From Chloroflexota bacterium (GTDB lineage: Bacteria; Chloroflexota; Dehalococcoidia; DSTF01; JACRBR01), in the NCBI GenBank assembly GCA_028872875.1, contig JAGWOC010000009.1, positions 1,806 through 65,805 of the forward strand: DNA of 64,000 bases, read 5' to 3'. Shown in pieces: positions 27,916-39,947 of the stretch; the stretch's first letter is position 1, and each line of letters begins with the position of its first letter. A model generated the notes under the pieces. It ran no database searches, was not told where the DNA came from, and worked only from the letters and a program-made list of their open reading frames with translations. The translations under genes and the position numbers were made by a program.

Positions 27916-28416
27916 ATGACGCACCTGACCGCCATGTTCCGCCATAACCTCTGGGCGAACCTGCGCCTCGTCGACGCCTGCGCCGCGCTCAACGAAGGGC
28001 AGCTTGCCGTCGCCGTCCCGGGCACCTACGGCGCCGCCCGCGACACGCTGGTGCACCTCGCGGGGGCCGAGTCTCGTTACGTGCTCGCGATGCGCGGCGT
28101 CTCCGCCGACGAGCTCACGCCCGATTCCACGCCGGTTTCCGAGGCCAGGGGCTTTCCCGGGATCGGGCCACTTCGCGCTGCGCTCGAAGCGTCCGGTGCG
28201 GCCTTCATCGAGCTCGCGCGCGCGACGGCCGAAGGCGCCGTCCTGCGCGGGCAGCGCGGCGGACACGCGTACGAGATGCCGGCGTCGGCCGTCCTGGTGC
28301 AGGCGATCAACCACGCGACCGAGCACCGCGCGCAGGTGACGGCGGCGATGACGCAGGCTGGCGTCGAGCCGCCCGTGCTCGATGCGTGGACGTGGGCGCA
28401 GGCGGGCGCGCCGTAG
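27916..28416 (+). CDS. DinB/DinB_2-family (damage-inducible, four-helix metal-binding) protein
   Basis: MTHLTAMFRHNLWANLRLVDACAAL...TLVHLAGAESRY...INHATEHRAQV: His triad spacing of the DinB_2 fold. Confidence 0.75.
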   Translation: MTHLTAMFRHNLWANLRLVDACAALNEGQLAVAVPGTYGAARDTLVHLAGAESRYVLAMRGVSADELTPDSTPVSEARGFPGIGPLRAALEASGAAFIELARATAEGAVLRGQRGGHAYEMPASAVLVQAINHATEHRAQVTAAMTQAGVEPPVLDAWTWAQAGAP

Positions 28417-29448
28417 TCAGTCCCCGTACGGGCGTCCGCCCGCGAGCCGCGCGGCGTACTGCCGCTCGTAGTACGCGCGATACTCTCCGGCCTTGATCCG
28501 CTCCCACCACCAGCGGTTGTCGGCGTACCAGCGCACCGTCGCCTCGATCGCCCGCGCGAAGTCGTACGAGGGCGCCCAGCCCAGGGCGCGCACCTTCGTC
28601 GCGTCCATCCAGTAGCACGGGTCATGTCCGGCGCGGTCGTCGACGAAGCGGATCAGGCCGTACGGCTTGTCCAGCAGGTCCAGGATCGCGCGCGCGACGT
28701 CGATGTTCGGCCGGTGGTTGTCGGCCTGGATGTTGTACGCCTCCCCCGGCTCGCCGCGCTCCAGGAGCAGCAGCAGCGCCCGCACGCAGTCCTCGACGTG
28801 CAGCCGGTCGCGTTCCTGCAGCCCCTCGCCATAGACGGGCAGCGGCTCGCCGTCGAGCGCGTTGGTCACGAACAGCGGCACGGCCTTCTCCGGGTGCTGG
28901 TACGGGCCGACGTTGTTCGCGGGCCGCGCGACGATCACCGGCATGCCGTAGGTCTCCGCGAAGGCCGCGCACATCAGGTCGCCTGCCGCCTTGCTCGCCG
29001 CGTACGGGCTGCGCGGCCGGAAGGCGTCGCCCTCGCGCCGCGGCTGCTCGCGCGTCGCCGGGCCGTACACCTCGTCGGTCGAGACGTGCAGCAGGCGCCC
29101 GACGCCGAGGTCGCGGGCCACGGCCAGCACGTTGTGCGCGCCGCGTACGTTCGTGTCGATGAAGTCCGCCGCATCCTCGATCGAGCGGTCGACGTGGGAC
29201 TCCGCGGCGAAGTTGACCGCCCCGTCGCAGCCGCGCATCGCGTCCAGGACGGCCGCGCGGTCGGCGACGCTGCCCCGCGCGAAGCGATAGCGCGGGCCGC
29301 CGGCGATGTCGCGCAGGTTGTCGAGGTTGCCGGCGTACGTCAGCGCGTCAAAGTTCACCACCTCGACGTCCGGCCGCTCGCGCAGCAGGTGGCGGATGAA
29401 GTTGCTGCCGATGAATCCCGCGCCGCCCGCGACGAAGACGCGTCGCAT
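28417..29448 (-). CDS. rfbB: dTDP-glucose 4,6-dehydratase
   Basis: GGAGFIGSNF Rossmann motif, YAASKAAGD catalytic YxxxK; start overlaps rfbA stop. Confidence 0.9.
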   Translation of the reverse strand: MRRVFVAGGAGFIGSNFIRHLLRERPDVEVVNFDALTYAGNLDNLRDIAGGPRYRFARGSVADRAAVLDAMRGCDGAVNFAAESHVDRSIEDAADFIDTNVRGAHNVLAVARDLGVGRLLHVSTDEVYGPATREQPRREGDAFRPRSPYAASKAAGDLMCAAFAETYGMPVIVARPANNVGPYQHPEKAVPLFVTNALDGEPLPVYGEGLQERDRLHVEDCVRALLLLLERGEPGEAYNIQADNHRPNIDVARAILDLLDKPYGLIRFVDDRAGHDPCYWMDATKVRALGWAPSYDFARAIEATVRWYADNRWWWERIKAGEYRAYYERQYAARLAGGRPYGD

Positions 29449-30530
29449 CACGGCAGCCTCGCCCGGCTGTAGTCGCCCAGCACCAGCTCGTAGCCGCGTG
29501 GCTTCCGTCCGTCGCCCCTCAGCTCGACGTTGCGGCCGATCAGGCTGTTCTCGACCCGGTACGCGAGCTGCTCGATCACCGTGCCGTCCATCACGACGCT
29601 GCCGGCGACCTCGCTGTGGCTGACGACGCAGTGATGCCCCACCGACGTGAACGGGCCGATGTACGCGTCTTCGATCCGTGTGCCCTCGCCGATGATCGCC
29701 GGCCCGCTGATGACGCTGTCCCGCACCCGCGACCCTGGCTGCAGCACCACCCGGCCGTGCAGCTTGCACGCGCCGTCGATGACGCCGTGCTCGCGGTCGT
29801 CCGGCAGCGTCTCGAGGATGGCGCGGTTGGCCGCCAGCAGGTCATCGTGCTTGCCCGTGTCGATCCACTCCCCCTCCACGACCTCGGCGCGCACGTCGCA
29901 GCCGTCGTCGATGAGCCGCTGGATCGTGTCCGTGATCTCCAGCTCTCCGCGCGCCGACGGGGCGATGCGGCCGATCGCATCGAACACGCGTGGCGTGAAC
30001 ATGTAGATGCCGATCACCGCGAGGTCGCTCGGCGGCACTTCCGGCTTCTCGACGACGCGGACCAGCCGCTCGCCCTCGAACTCCGCGACGCCGAATGCGC
30101 GCGCGTCCGGCACCGGCTTCAGCAACACCGCCGCCTCCGCCGCCGAGGCGGCGAACGCCTCCACCTGCGGGGCGATGCCCCCCGTGATGAAGTTATCGCC
30201 CAGGAACGTCACGAACGGCGCATCGCCCATCGCCGCCCGCGCCAGGCCGATCGCCTGCGCGATGCCGCCCGGTTCCGCCTGGTCGATGTAGCCGATGCGT
30301 GCGCCGAAGCGCGACCCGTCGCCGACCGCTGCCCGCACCTGGTCCCCCGTCTCCGGCGACACGACGATGCTGATCTCGTCGATGCCGCACTGCCGCAGGT
30401 TCTCGATGGCGTAGAACAGGATCGGCTTGTTGGCGATCGGCACGAGCTGCTTGGCGCCCGTGAACGTCAGCGGCCGCAGCCGGCTCCCCTTGCCGCCGCT
30501 GAGCACCAGCCCCTTCATCCCCGTCTTCAT
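29448..30530 (-). CDS. rfbA: Glucose-1-phosphate thymidylyltransferase, long form with C-terminal left-handed beta-helix domain
   Basis: GLVLSGGKGSRLRPLTFTGAKQLVPIANKPIL nucleotidyltransferase motif; hexapeptide-repeat C-terminus. Confidence 0.85.
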   Translation of the reverse strand: MKTGMKGLVLSGGKGSRLRPLTFTGAKQLVPIANKPILFYAIENLRQCGIDEISIVVSPETGDQVRAAVGDGSRFGARIGYIDQAEPGGIAQAIGLARAAMGDAPFVTFLGDNFITGGIAPQVEAFAASAAEAAVLLKPVPDARAFGVAEFEGERLVRVVEKPEVPPSDLAVIGIYMFTPRVFDAIGRIAPSARGELEITDTIQRLIDDGCDVRAEVVEGEWIDTGKHDDLLAANRAILETLPDDREHGVIDGACKLHGRVVLQPGSRVRDSVISGPAIIGEGTRIEDAYIGPFTSVGHHCVVSHSEVAGSVVMDGTVIEQLAYRVENSLIGRNVELRGDGRKPRGYELVLGDYSRARLP

Positions 30531-30722
30531 GCCGGCGCATTCTAGCAGCCGGCGCGCGCACGGCACGCTCCGGCCTTTCTCAGCCGCCCTGTCTCAGCCT
30601 TCCTGTGTCAAACGGCACATCCGGCGTCCATTCCCGAAAGATCCGGGGGTTCCCCGATCGGCGGGGCGGGCGCTTCCCGCCAACAATCATCATGGCGGGA
30701 TGCGATGAGGCAGGAGGCAGGG

Positions 30723-31109
30723 ATGCCCGGCACCCACAGCGAACCAGAACTCGAAGCCGCCGCCGTCGAGGTCCTCCGCGCGCTCCAGAACGCGAGCGCC
30801 GGACAGGACGCCCATGCTCATGCCGCGGCGCGCGAGCGTGCCTGCGTGGCCTTCGCGCTCGACCGGTTCCGCGAGCAGCGCGTTGCCGCTGTCGCCGGTG
30901 AGGCGCGCGAACTCGCGCGGCTCACCCCGACGGCCGCGATCCTCGAACGCCACATCCAGCGCGCACGCGCCACCCTCACGGCCCTCGCGGTCCAGCGCGC
31001 GACGCCGGATGGGTCCGCTGTCCGACGTCCTCGTCCCGGGCGATCGCCTCAGCCCGACCCGCCGCCGGCGGCGCCGCTCCCGGACGACGCCGGCCTCGCC
31101 GCCGCCTGA
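30723..31109 (+). CDS. Hypothetical Ala-rich helical protein (128 aa), weakly supported
   Basis: SD AGGAGG 8 nt upstream of ATG 30723; no recognisable domain; GC-rich composition makes a spurious ORF possible. Confidence 0.3.
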   Translation: MPGTHSEPELEAAAVEVLRALQNASAGQDAHAHAAARERACVAFALDRFREQRVAAVAGEARELARLTPTAAILERHIQRARATLTALAVQRATPDGSAVRRPRPGRSPQPDPPPAAPLPDDAGLAAA

Positions 31110-31472
31110 GCCCGGCTGCGCGCGCCGCGCCGCCTGCGCCCGGCCGTCGCCGCCCGGCCCGTCTATCCGGCGCGCCGCAAGGAGATCAGCCGCAGCGAAG
31201 GAGCTTCGGCTTCGTGGCCCGACGAGCGCACCTTCCGTTTTCTCACGTTGTCTGCGGGAGACGCACGCCAGGGCGCGTGCGGACGGGCGCCTTCGGCCTG
31301 TCAGCGGAGCCGGGTCCGCCGGCCCACAACGCGACATAACGCATCTACCCGGCCGCGAACCTCTCCGGTGGCCGCTCATCCGGTAACCGCGGCGCCGCGC
31401 TTGCCTGCGCGCCCCCTCGCCCCGTACAGTCACCCACGTCCCGAAGCAGCGGGGCGAGCAGAGGAGCAACCC

Positions 31473-32255
31473 ATGGATCTCCGCGGCAAGACGGCGATCG
31501 TCACCGGCTCGGCCGTCGGGGTCGGCAGGGCGACGGCGATCGACCTCGCGCGGCGCGGCGCCAACGTCGTCGTCAACTACGCGCACTCCGAGGACGAGGC
31601 GCGCGAGGCGCTCCGCCTCGTCGAGGCGCAGGGCGCGCGTGGCCTGCTCGTCCGGGCCGATGTCTCGCAGGACGACCAGGTGCAAGGGATGGTCCGCCAG
31701 GCCGTTGACGCCTTCGGCGGCCTCCACGTGCTCGTGAACAACGCCGCCATCACGCACTTCGTCCCCTTCCCCGATCTCGATGGCATGACGTCCGCGTACT
31801 GGGACGACATCTTCGCCGTCAACGTCAAGGGCGTCTTCTTCTGCTGCCGCGCCGCGGCGAAGGCGATGCGGGCCTGCATCCCCGCCGGCGAGCGCGGCGG
31901 CGCCATCGTCAACATCGCCTCCGTTGCCGGGGTGCGCTCCATCGGCAGCTCGCTGGCCTACGCGGCCTCCAAGGCCGCCGTGATCAACATGACGGTCGGC
32001 CTCGCGCGCGTGCTCGGCCCGGAGGTGCGCGTGAACGCTGTCGCCCCGGGCTTCATCGATACCCGCTGGCTGCGCAACGGCCTCGGCGAGCAGGTCTTCG
32101 AGGCCGCGCGGGCGCAGCAGAGCCGGGTGGCGCCTCTGAAGGCCGTCTGTACGCCGGAGTCCGTCTCGCAGCTCGTGCTGAGCCTGATCGAGGGCGCCGA
32201 CATGGTCACCGGCCAGACCGTCGTCATCGACGGCGGCGTGGGCATCGCCGGTTAA
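31473..32255 (+). CDS. Short-chain dehydrogenase/reductase (FabG-like) family oxidoreductase
   Basis: TGSAVGVGRA (TGxxxGxG), NNAA, catalytic S...YAASKAA, PG motif; SD GAGGAG upstream. Confidence 0.85.
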   Translation: MDLRGKTAIVTGSAVGVGRATAIDLARRGANVVVNYAHSEDEAREALRLVEAQGARGLLVRADVSQDDQVQGMVRQAVDAFGGLHVLVNNAAITHFVPFPDLDGMTSAYWDDIFAVNVKGVFFCCRAAAKAMRACIPAGERGGAIVNIASVAGVRSIGSSLAYAASKAAVINMTVGLARVLGPEVRVNAVAPGFIDTRWLRNGLGEQVFEAARAQQSRVAPLKAVCTPESVSQLVLSLIEGADMVTGQTVVIDGGVGIAG

Positions 32256-32420
32256 TCGGCGCCGGTAGTGGGGCCGCGTCCTGGCCATGCGGCTCTTCGG
32301 CCTGCGAGATCCGCAACGCCCGCGGGCGCACCGTGGCGTCGCGATCTGCCACACTGATGCCGGCCCTGCCGCCGCTGCGCCGCACGGCTGCCGTTCAGCG
32401 CCAACGTCAAGGAGCGTGTC

Positions 32421-32666
32421 ATGGACGGATGGCAGTACAAGGTCGTGTACGTAGATTTCAGAGGCAGGATCTCATCGGAGGGTGTGGAGTACATCCGACA
32501 GGGCGGTGAACACCGCACCGGGTTCGTCCGCGGCTACCTCGACAAGCTGGGCGAGGAAGGCTGGGAACTGACCGGCTTACTCCCGCTCCTCCGGCCGGAG
32601 AGCAGCTACTTCATGCTCAAGCGCCCTGCGTCGAAGCAGGCGGGCGCCGCGGCGACGGAAGGTTAG
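32421..32666 (+). CDS. DUF4177-like small protein
   Basis: MDGWQYKVVYVDFRG...LDKLGEEGWELTGLL pattern (WxYKVV ... GWEL) typical of DUF4177. Confidence 0.6.
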   Translation: MDGWQYKVVYVDFRGRISSEGVEYIRQGGEHRTGFVRGYLDKLGEEGWELTGLLPLLRPESSYFMLKRPASKQAGAAATEG

Positions 32667-32785
32667 TCTCGATCCGGCGCTGAGGCAGCCGTAACGTCCG
32701 CGGCGGCAGGGCCGGTTGGACGACGCAAGAGAGGCGATGGCCCCCATTTCCGCCTGCTCCTCCCCGCGGCTACCATGACCCCGCA

Positions 32786-33106
32786 ATGATGGACCCGGAC
32801 GAACACACGGCCGAGCCAGTCGCCGACGAGGCCGATGACGAGGACGACGACGACGAGGACGAGGTCCCTGCCGAAGACGCCACGGCCGGCCCGCAGGTCC
32901 CGGCGTACATCGCGATCATCCGCATCATCGCCGTCCTCGGCATGGGGCTCTCGATCTCCTTCGGGCTCTTCATCATGCTGGTCGGCGTCAAGGGCGTGAT
33001 CATCGGCATCCCGATCATCCTGCTCTCGATCCCCTGCTACTACGGCATGCAGCTCGCGGAGCGGCTCGTCGCCCGGCACGAAGGGGCACCGCCGCCCGAC
33101 GCCTGA
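32786..33106 (+). CDS. Small membrane protein: highly acidic N-terminus (DEADDEDDDDEDE) plus two TM helices
   Basis: Hydrophobic segments AYIAIIRIIAVLGMGLSISFGLFIMLVGV and VIIGIPIILLSIPCYYGM. Confidence 0.5.
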   Translation: MMDPDEHTAEPVADEADDEDDDDEDEVPAEDATAGPQVPAYIAIIRIIAVLGMGLSISFGLFIMLVGVKGVIIGIPIILLSIPCYYGMQLAERLVARHEGAPPPDA

Positions 33107-33187
33107 CCGCGCCCAGATTACTTGACATCGTGCGCTCTATTCCTATACTCGAATCGACGGGCGGATCGTGCCGAAAGGAGCCTCGCG

Positions 33188-34261
33188 ATGGCCATCGACC
33201 AGGACGTGCTACACAGGGTGCAGACCAGTGAGCCGGAAGCGCCCGCGGTCGACCTGAGCTGGCTCAACGTCGAGAGCGAATGGGGGATGCGCGCGCGTCC
33301 CGGCAAGCGCGGCCTGACGCTCGACGAGGTGAACATTGGGTCCTACGGCCGCGTGCCGGCGCAGAGCGATGCGCAGGACGCGCGGCCGCGCGGCGCCGCC
33401 GCGCGCGATGGCGTCCCCCACACCGGCTACCACATCCGCGACGCGGGCAGCGTCTGGTCGCAGAACGCGACGATGCTCTACGAGGAGGCCGTGCAGCGCC
33501 AGTGGAGCAGCGCCACCGACATTCCCTGGCACGAGGTCACGCCCCTGCCGGACGAGATCGAATACGCGATGTGCCAGCTCTGTACGTTCCTGACCGAAGT
33601 AGAGTTCATCGCCGGCGACACGCCCTCGCAGTGGCTGCCGAAGATCTCGAACGACCACTTCGAGACGAAGCTGTTCCTCGCCAGCCAGATCATGGACGAG
33701 GCGCGCCACCTCGATGTCTTCCGCAAGCGTGCGCTCGTCAACGGCGGCGGCCTGCTGCAGTCCAGCCCCACATCCGGCCTGCGCACGATCATCAACGCGC
33801 GCGACTTCACCGAGATGTCGTCGATCATGCACGTGCAGGCGGAGGGCTTCGTCCAGAGCCTGTTCCGCATGGGTGAACTCGTCGCCAACAGCGACGTCGA
33901 GAAGCGCATGTTCCGGCTCTGCGCGCAGGACGAGTCGCGTCACCTCGGCTTCGGCGTGATGCACCTCAAGTACGTGCTCGAGACCGAGCCCGAGCGCCGC
34001 GAGGAGATCCACGGATACTTCGACACGGCCGAGAACGCCGACCCGCAGACCGGCACCTTCGGCCCGGCCGTCGCCGAGGCGCTCATCCTGCTGCTCGGGA
34101 AGGGCAAGGCGAACTTCGATGACGGCTTCAGCAAGTTCCTGGCGCTGCAGAAGCGGCAGGCCAACGAGTACATGCACCGCCTGACGGTGGCCGGGCTCGG
34201 CGACCGCCGCGAGCGCATGGACCCGAACATGCGCGTCTTCCTCGACCCGCCGCGGAACTGA
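33188..34261 (+). CDS. Ferritin-like diiron-carboxylate protein (putative oxygenase / acyl-ACP-desaturase- or AurF-like)
   Basis: Two E...DExRH motifs about 90 residues apart (EVEFIAG...DEARHLDVF and QAEGF...QDESRHLGFG), the class-I diiron signature. Confidence 0.65.
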   Translation: MAIDQDVLHRVQTSEPEAPAVDLSWLNVESEWGMRARPGKRGLTLDEVNIGSYGRVPAQSDAQDARPRGAAARDGVPHTGYHIRDAGSVWSQNATMLYEEAVQRQWSSATDIPWHEVTPLPDEIEYAMCQLCTFLTEVEFIAGDTPSQWLPKISNDHFETKLFLASQIMDEARHLDVFRKRALVNGGGLLQSSPTSGLRTIINARDFTEMSSIMHVQAEGFVQSLFRMGELVANSDVEKRMFRLCAQDESRHLGFGVMHLKYVLETEPERREEIHGYFDTAENADPQTGTFGPAVAEALILLLGKGKANFDDGFSKFLALQKRQANEYMHRLTVAGLGDRRERMDPNMRVFLDPPRN

Positions 34262-34454
34262 CCGCGCGCGCGGCTATCGGCGGAGCGCGGAAGCGGCGCG
34301 CCGTACCGCGGAGCGCGACCACGGTGATTCGTCTGATCCTGGCCGAGGCCGCCGCAGGGGGATCTGAAGCTCCGCAGCTACGTCCCTGGCAGGCCGACCG
34401 AGATGCCAGAAGGCCCGCGATGCGCGGGCCTTCGGATGCTCCGCGCTGCTGCTC

Positions 34455-35912
34455 CTACACGAACACCATCGTCTTCGCCTTCTCCGGGCGCTCGGCGGCG
34501 CCCGTCTCGACCGCGGCGTGCGCGACGTCGCGCGCGACGGCCTTGAAGACGTTGGGATGGAAGACGCTCGGGATGATGTACTCGGGCCCCAGCTCGCCCT
34601 TCCCGACGGCCGCCGCGATCGCTTCGGCCGCGGCGAGCTTCATCGCCTCGTTGATTTCCCGCGCGCGCACGTCGAGCACGCCGCGGAAGAGGCCGGGGAA
34701 GCAGAGGACGTTGTTGATCTGGTTCGGGTAGTCGGAGCGTCCGGTCGCCATCACCCGCACGTAGCCGTCGGCTTCCTCGGGCATGATCTCGGGCGTCGGG
34801 TTGGCCATGGCGAAGATGATCGGGTCACGGTTCATCTTCTTCACATCTTCGACCGTGAGCATCTTCGGCGCTGACACGCCGAGGAAGAGGTCCGCGCCTT
34901 CGATCGCGTCGCTGAGCGAGCCGCTGACGCACTCCTGGTTCGTGTTGTCCGCGAACCAGTCCTTCATGAAGTTCATGCCCTCGCCGCGGCCCTTGTAGAT
35001 GATCCCGGAGCGGTCGCAGCCGATGACGTTCTTGACGCCGGCCGACATCAGGATCTTCGTGCAGGCCACGCCGGCAGCGCCGACGCCGGACACCACAACC
35101 TTCAGGTCCTGCGGCTCCTTCTTGACGATCTTCAGCGCGTTGAGCAACGCCGCCAGCACGACGACCGCCGTCCCGTGCTGGTCGTCGTGGAAGACCGGGA
35201 TGTCCAGCTCCTGCTTCAACCGCTCCTCGATCTGGAAGCAGCGTGGCGCGGAGATGTCCTCCAGGTTGATGCCACCGAAGCCGGGCGAGATCTTCTTGAC
35301 GATGTTCACGATCTCGTCCGGGTCCTTCGTGTCGAGGCAGATCGGCCAGGCATCGACGCCGCCGAACGTCTTGAAGAGCATGGCCTTGCCCTCCATCACC
35401 GGCATCGCCGCCTTCGGGCCGAGGTCGCCGAGTCCCAGGATGGCCGTGCCGTCCGTCACGACGGCCACGGTGTTCCCCTTGATCGTGAGCGACCAGACCG
35501 CCTCGGGCTCCCGGTCGATCGCCAGGCAGACGCGCGCGACGCCCGGCGTGTAGACGACGGAGAGGTCGCGGCGGCTCGTCACCGGCACCTTGTTGCGGAT
35601 CTCGATCTTGCCGCCCTTATGGGTGAGGAAGACCCGGTCCTGGACGCTGCGTACGGTGACGCCCCTGGTCGCCTTGACGTGCGCGACGATCTCCTGCGCG
35701 TGGTCGCTGTCGCGCGCCTGCACGCTGATCTCCCGCAGCATCGTCGTCCCGGTCGAGCGCACGACGTCAATGTCGCCGATATTGCCGCCGCAGTCGCCGA
35801 CCGCCGCGGCGATCTGTGCGAGCATGCCGGGCTTGTTCGGGTACTGCGCCTGGAAGCTGAAGGTGTAGGTCGCGGTGGGGTGGGTCCCGTTGCGGGCGGT
35901 TCGGCGTGCCAT
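34455..35912 (-). CDS. NAD(P)-dependent malic enzyme with N-terminal ACT regulatory domain
   Basis: ACT-like start (TATYTFSFQAQYPNKPGMLAQIAAAVGDCGGNIGDIDVV) followed by malic enzyme core (VYTPGVARVC, GGINLEDISAPRCF, GVGAAGVACTKIL). Confidence 0.85.
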   Translation of the reverse strand: MARRTARNGTHPTATYTFSFQAQYPNKPGMLAQIAAAVGDCGGNIGDIDVVRSTGTTMLREISVQARDSDHAQEIVAHVKATRGVTVRSVQDRVFLTHKGGKIEIRNKVPVTSRRDLSVVYTPGVARVCLAIDREPEAVWSLTIKGNTVAVVTDGTAILGLGDLGPKAAMPVMEGKAMLFKTFGGVDAWPICLDTKDPDEIVNIVKKISPGFGGINLEDISAPRCFQIEERLKQELDIPVFHDDQHGTAVVVLAALLNALKIVKKEPQDLKVVVSGVGAAGVACTKILMSAGVKNVIGCDRSGIIYKGRGEGMNFMKDWFADNTNQECVSGSLSDAIEGADLFLGVSAPKMLTVEDVKKMNRDPIIFAMANPTPEIMPEEADGYVRVMATGRSDYPNQINNVLCFPGLFRGVLDVRAREINEAMKLAAAEAIAAAVGKGELGPEYIIPSVFHPNVFKAVARDVAHAAVETGAAERPEKAKTMVFV

Positions 35913-36167
35913 GGCCGTCTCCTCTGTTTCCACCGGTGCTGGTGAACGGACAGTATTCTAGGCCGCGCACAGGCTTACGGCCAGTTCCGATCGTCCTGAT
36001 TTGCGGGCGCTGACCGCGCTGGCGGTCCCGGTCCGTTCGGCCGTCCGGCCGCCGACCACACACACGGCCCGCACACCGCCGCTCGGGCTCGGTGGCGGCG
36101 ATGACAGCGTCGCTGCCCAGTCAGGGAGTGACAGATTCACCGGCCAAGACCAATACAGCTACACCTG

Positions 36168-36197
36168 CTTGACACGGCCGGTGCTCGTTGCTAGCAT
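36168..36197 (+). promoter_or_regulatory. Sigma-70-like promoter candidate CTTGACA-17-TAGCAT upstream of the str operon (long 5' leader)
   Basis: cttgaca 36168-36174, tagcat 36192-36197; about 270 nt upstream of rpsL. Confidence 0.35.
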
Positions 36198-36466
36198 GCC
36201 GCGTGCGCCTGACGATCCCTCAGGTTCATTGACGCCAGCATCACATACAGGTCGGAAGACCCCAACGTGACAACGGCCGGCATACAGTGGCCCGCGGCCC
36301 GCGCGAGCGGGGGCGCCGGACACGCCGGACTGGCTCAGCAATAAGGCTCCGGCCTTTCGCGCGCCCGGCGGAAGGGCAGGCGCGCACGGCTGGCAACGCA
36401 CGGGAAGCGCGGGCCGCTCCAGCCGGAGACGGCGGGGTCCGCCCGCAGTGGAAGCAGGATCGCACG

Positions 36467-36877
36467 GTGCCGACGATCAGCCAACTGGTCCGGAAGGGCC
36501 GCAAGAAGGTCACAAAGAAGACGAAGGCGCCGGCGCTGCGCTTTACGTTCAACTCGCTGAAGAACCGTACCGTGCGCGGCAAGGGCTCCCCGCAAAAGCG
36601 CGGCGTCTGCACGCAGGTGCGCACGATGACGCCGAAGAAGCCGAACTCGGCGCTCCGCAAGATCGCGCGCGTCCGGCTGACGAACGGCATCGAGGTGACG
36701 GCGTACATCCCGGGCGAGGGCCACTCGCTCCAGGAGCACTCGGTGGTGCTGATCCGCGGCGGCCGCGTCAAGGATCTGCCAGGCGTGCGGTACCACATCA
36801 TCAGAGGCGCGCTCGACGCCCAGGGCGTCGCGAACCGCAAGCGCGGGCGCAGCAAGTACGGGACGCGGAAGGCGTAG
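36467..36877 (+). CDS. rpsL: 30S ribosomal protein S12
   Basis: [13 protein letters not shown]...[10 protein letters not shown]; GTG start. Confidence 0.95.
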   Translation: MPTISQLVRKGRKKVTKKTKAPALRFTFNSLKNRTVRGKGSPQKRGVCTQVRTMTPKKPNSALRKIARVRLTNGIEVTAYIPGEGHSLQEHSVVLIRGGRVKDLPGVRYHIIRGALDAQGVANRKRGRSKYGTRKA

Positions 36878-36889
36878 GCGGAGCGGATC

Positions 36890-37360
36890 ATGCCGAGACG
36901 GTCAAAGGCCGAGAAGCGCGAGATCCTGCCGGACCAGCGGTACAACAGCCGCATCGTCACCATGTTCGTCAACAAGATCATGGAGCGCGGCAAGAAGAGC
37001 ACTGCCGAGCGGATCATGTACGACGCGCTCGGGCGTGTCGAGACGCAGACGCACAAGAACCCGATCGACACGTTCGAGATCGCGATGCGCAACGCGACCC
37101 CGACGATCGAAGTGAAGCCGCGGCGCGTCGGCGGCGCCACCTACCAGGTGCCGGTCGACATCCGGGCGGAGCGGCGCACGGCACTGGCGATCCGCTGGCT
37201 CCTGCGCTCGGCGCGCGCGCGCAGCGGCCGGTCCATGGCGGACCGTCTCGCGGCGGAGCTGATGGACGCCGCCGGCGGCCAGGGCGCCACCATCAAGCGT
37301 AAGGAAGATACCCACCGCATGGCGGAGGCGAACCGCGCCTTTATCCACTATCGGTGGTAG
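36890..37360 (+). CDS. rpsG: 30S ribosomal protein S7
   Basis: MPRRSKAEKREILPDQRYNS... conserved S7. Confidence 0.95.
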   Translation: MPRRSKAEKREILPDQRYNSRIVTMFVNKIMERGKKSTAERIMYDALGRVETQTHKNPIDTFEIAMRNATPTIEVKPRRVGGATYQVPVDIRAERRTALAIRWLLRSARARSGRSMADRLAAELMDAAGGQGATIKRKEDTHRMAEANRAFIHYRW

Positions 37361-37480
37361 CCCGACGCCCGCGTTGAGCGGAGACACCGCCGGCGACCGA
37401 GGTCACCGGCGGTCCATTTTGCCGGCGCACCCGCGCCGGGGGGGCGCCGGACGGACAGGACAGGGATAGCAGACTGGGAC

Positions 37481-39574
<2,094 letters not shown>

Positions 39575-39628
39575 GCGGCTGAGGCGCCGCAACGGGCAGG
39601 CCGTCGCGGACCGGAGAAGGCAGAGCAT

Positions 39629-39937
39629 ATGGCAAGGCAGAAGATCCGGATCAGGCTCAAGGCCTACGACCACCGCATCCTCGACCAGTCGGCCGAGCAG
39701 ATCGTCGAGGCGGCGGAGCGCACCGGCGCGGCTGTCGCAGGGCCGATCCCGCTGCCGACGGAGATCAGGAAGTTCTGCGTCATCCGGTCGCCGTTCGTGC
39801 ACAAGGACTCGCAGGAGCAGTTCGAGATCCGCACGCACAAGCGGCTGATCGACATCCTCGAACCGACGTCGAAGACCGTGGATACGCTGATGCGCCTCCA
39901 GCTCCCTTCGGGCGTCGATATCGAGATCAAGTTGTAG
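39629..39937 (+). CDS. rpsJ: 30S ribosomal protein S10
   Basis: [21 protein letters not shown]... Confidence 0.95.
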   Translation: MARQKIRIRLKAYDHRILDQSAEQIVEAAERTGAAVAGPIPLPTEIRKFCVIRSPFVHKDSQEQFEIRTHKRLIDILEPTSKTVDTLMRLQLPSGVDIEIKL

Positions 39938-39947
39938 AGGACGGGCG

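Noticed and set aside
30690-32354. 554-aa minus-strand ORF
   Set aside because: Antisense to the SDR gene (clear TGxxxGxG and YxxxK motifs on plus strand); Arg/Gly/Asp-rich artefact.
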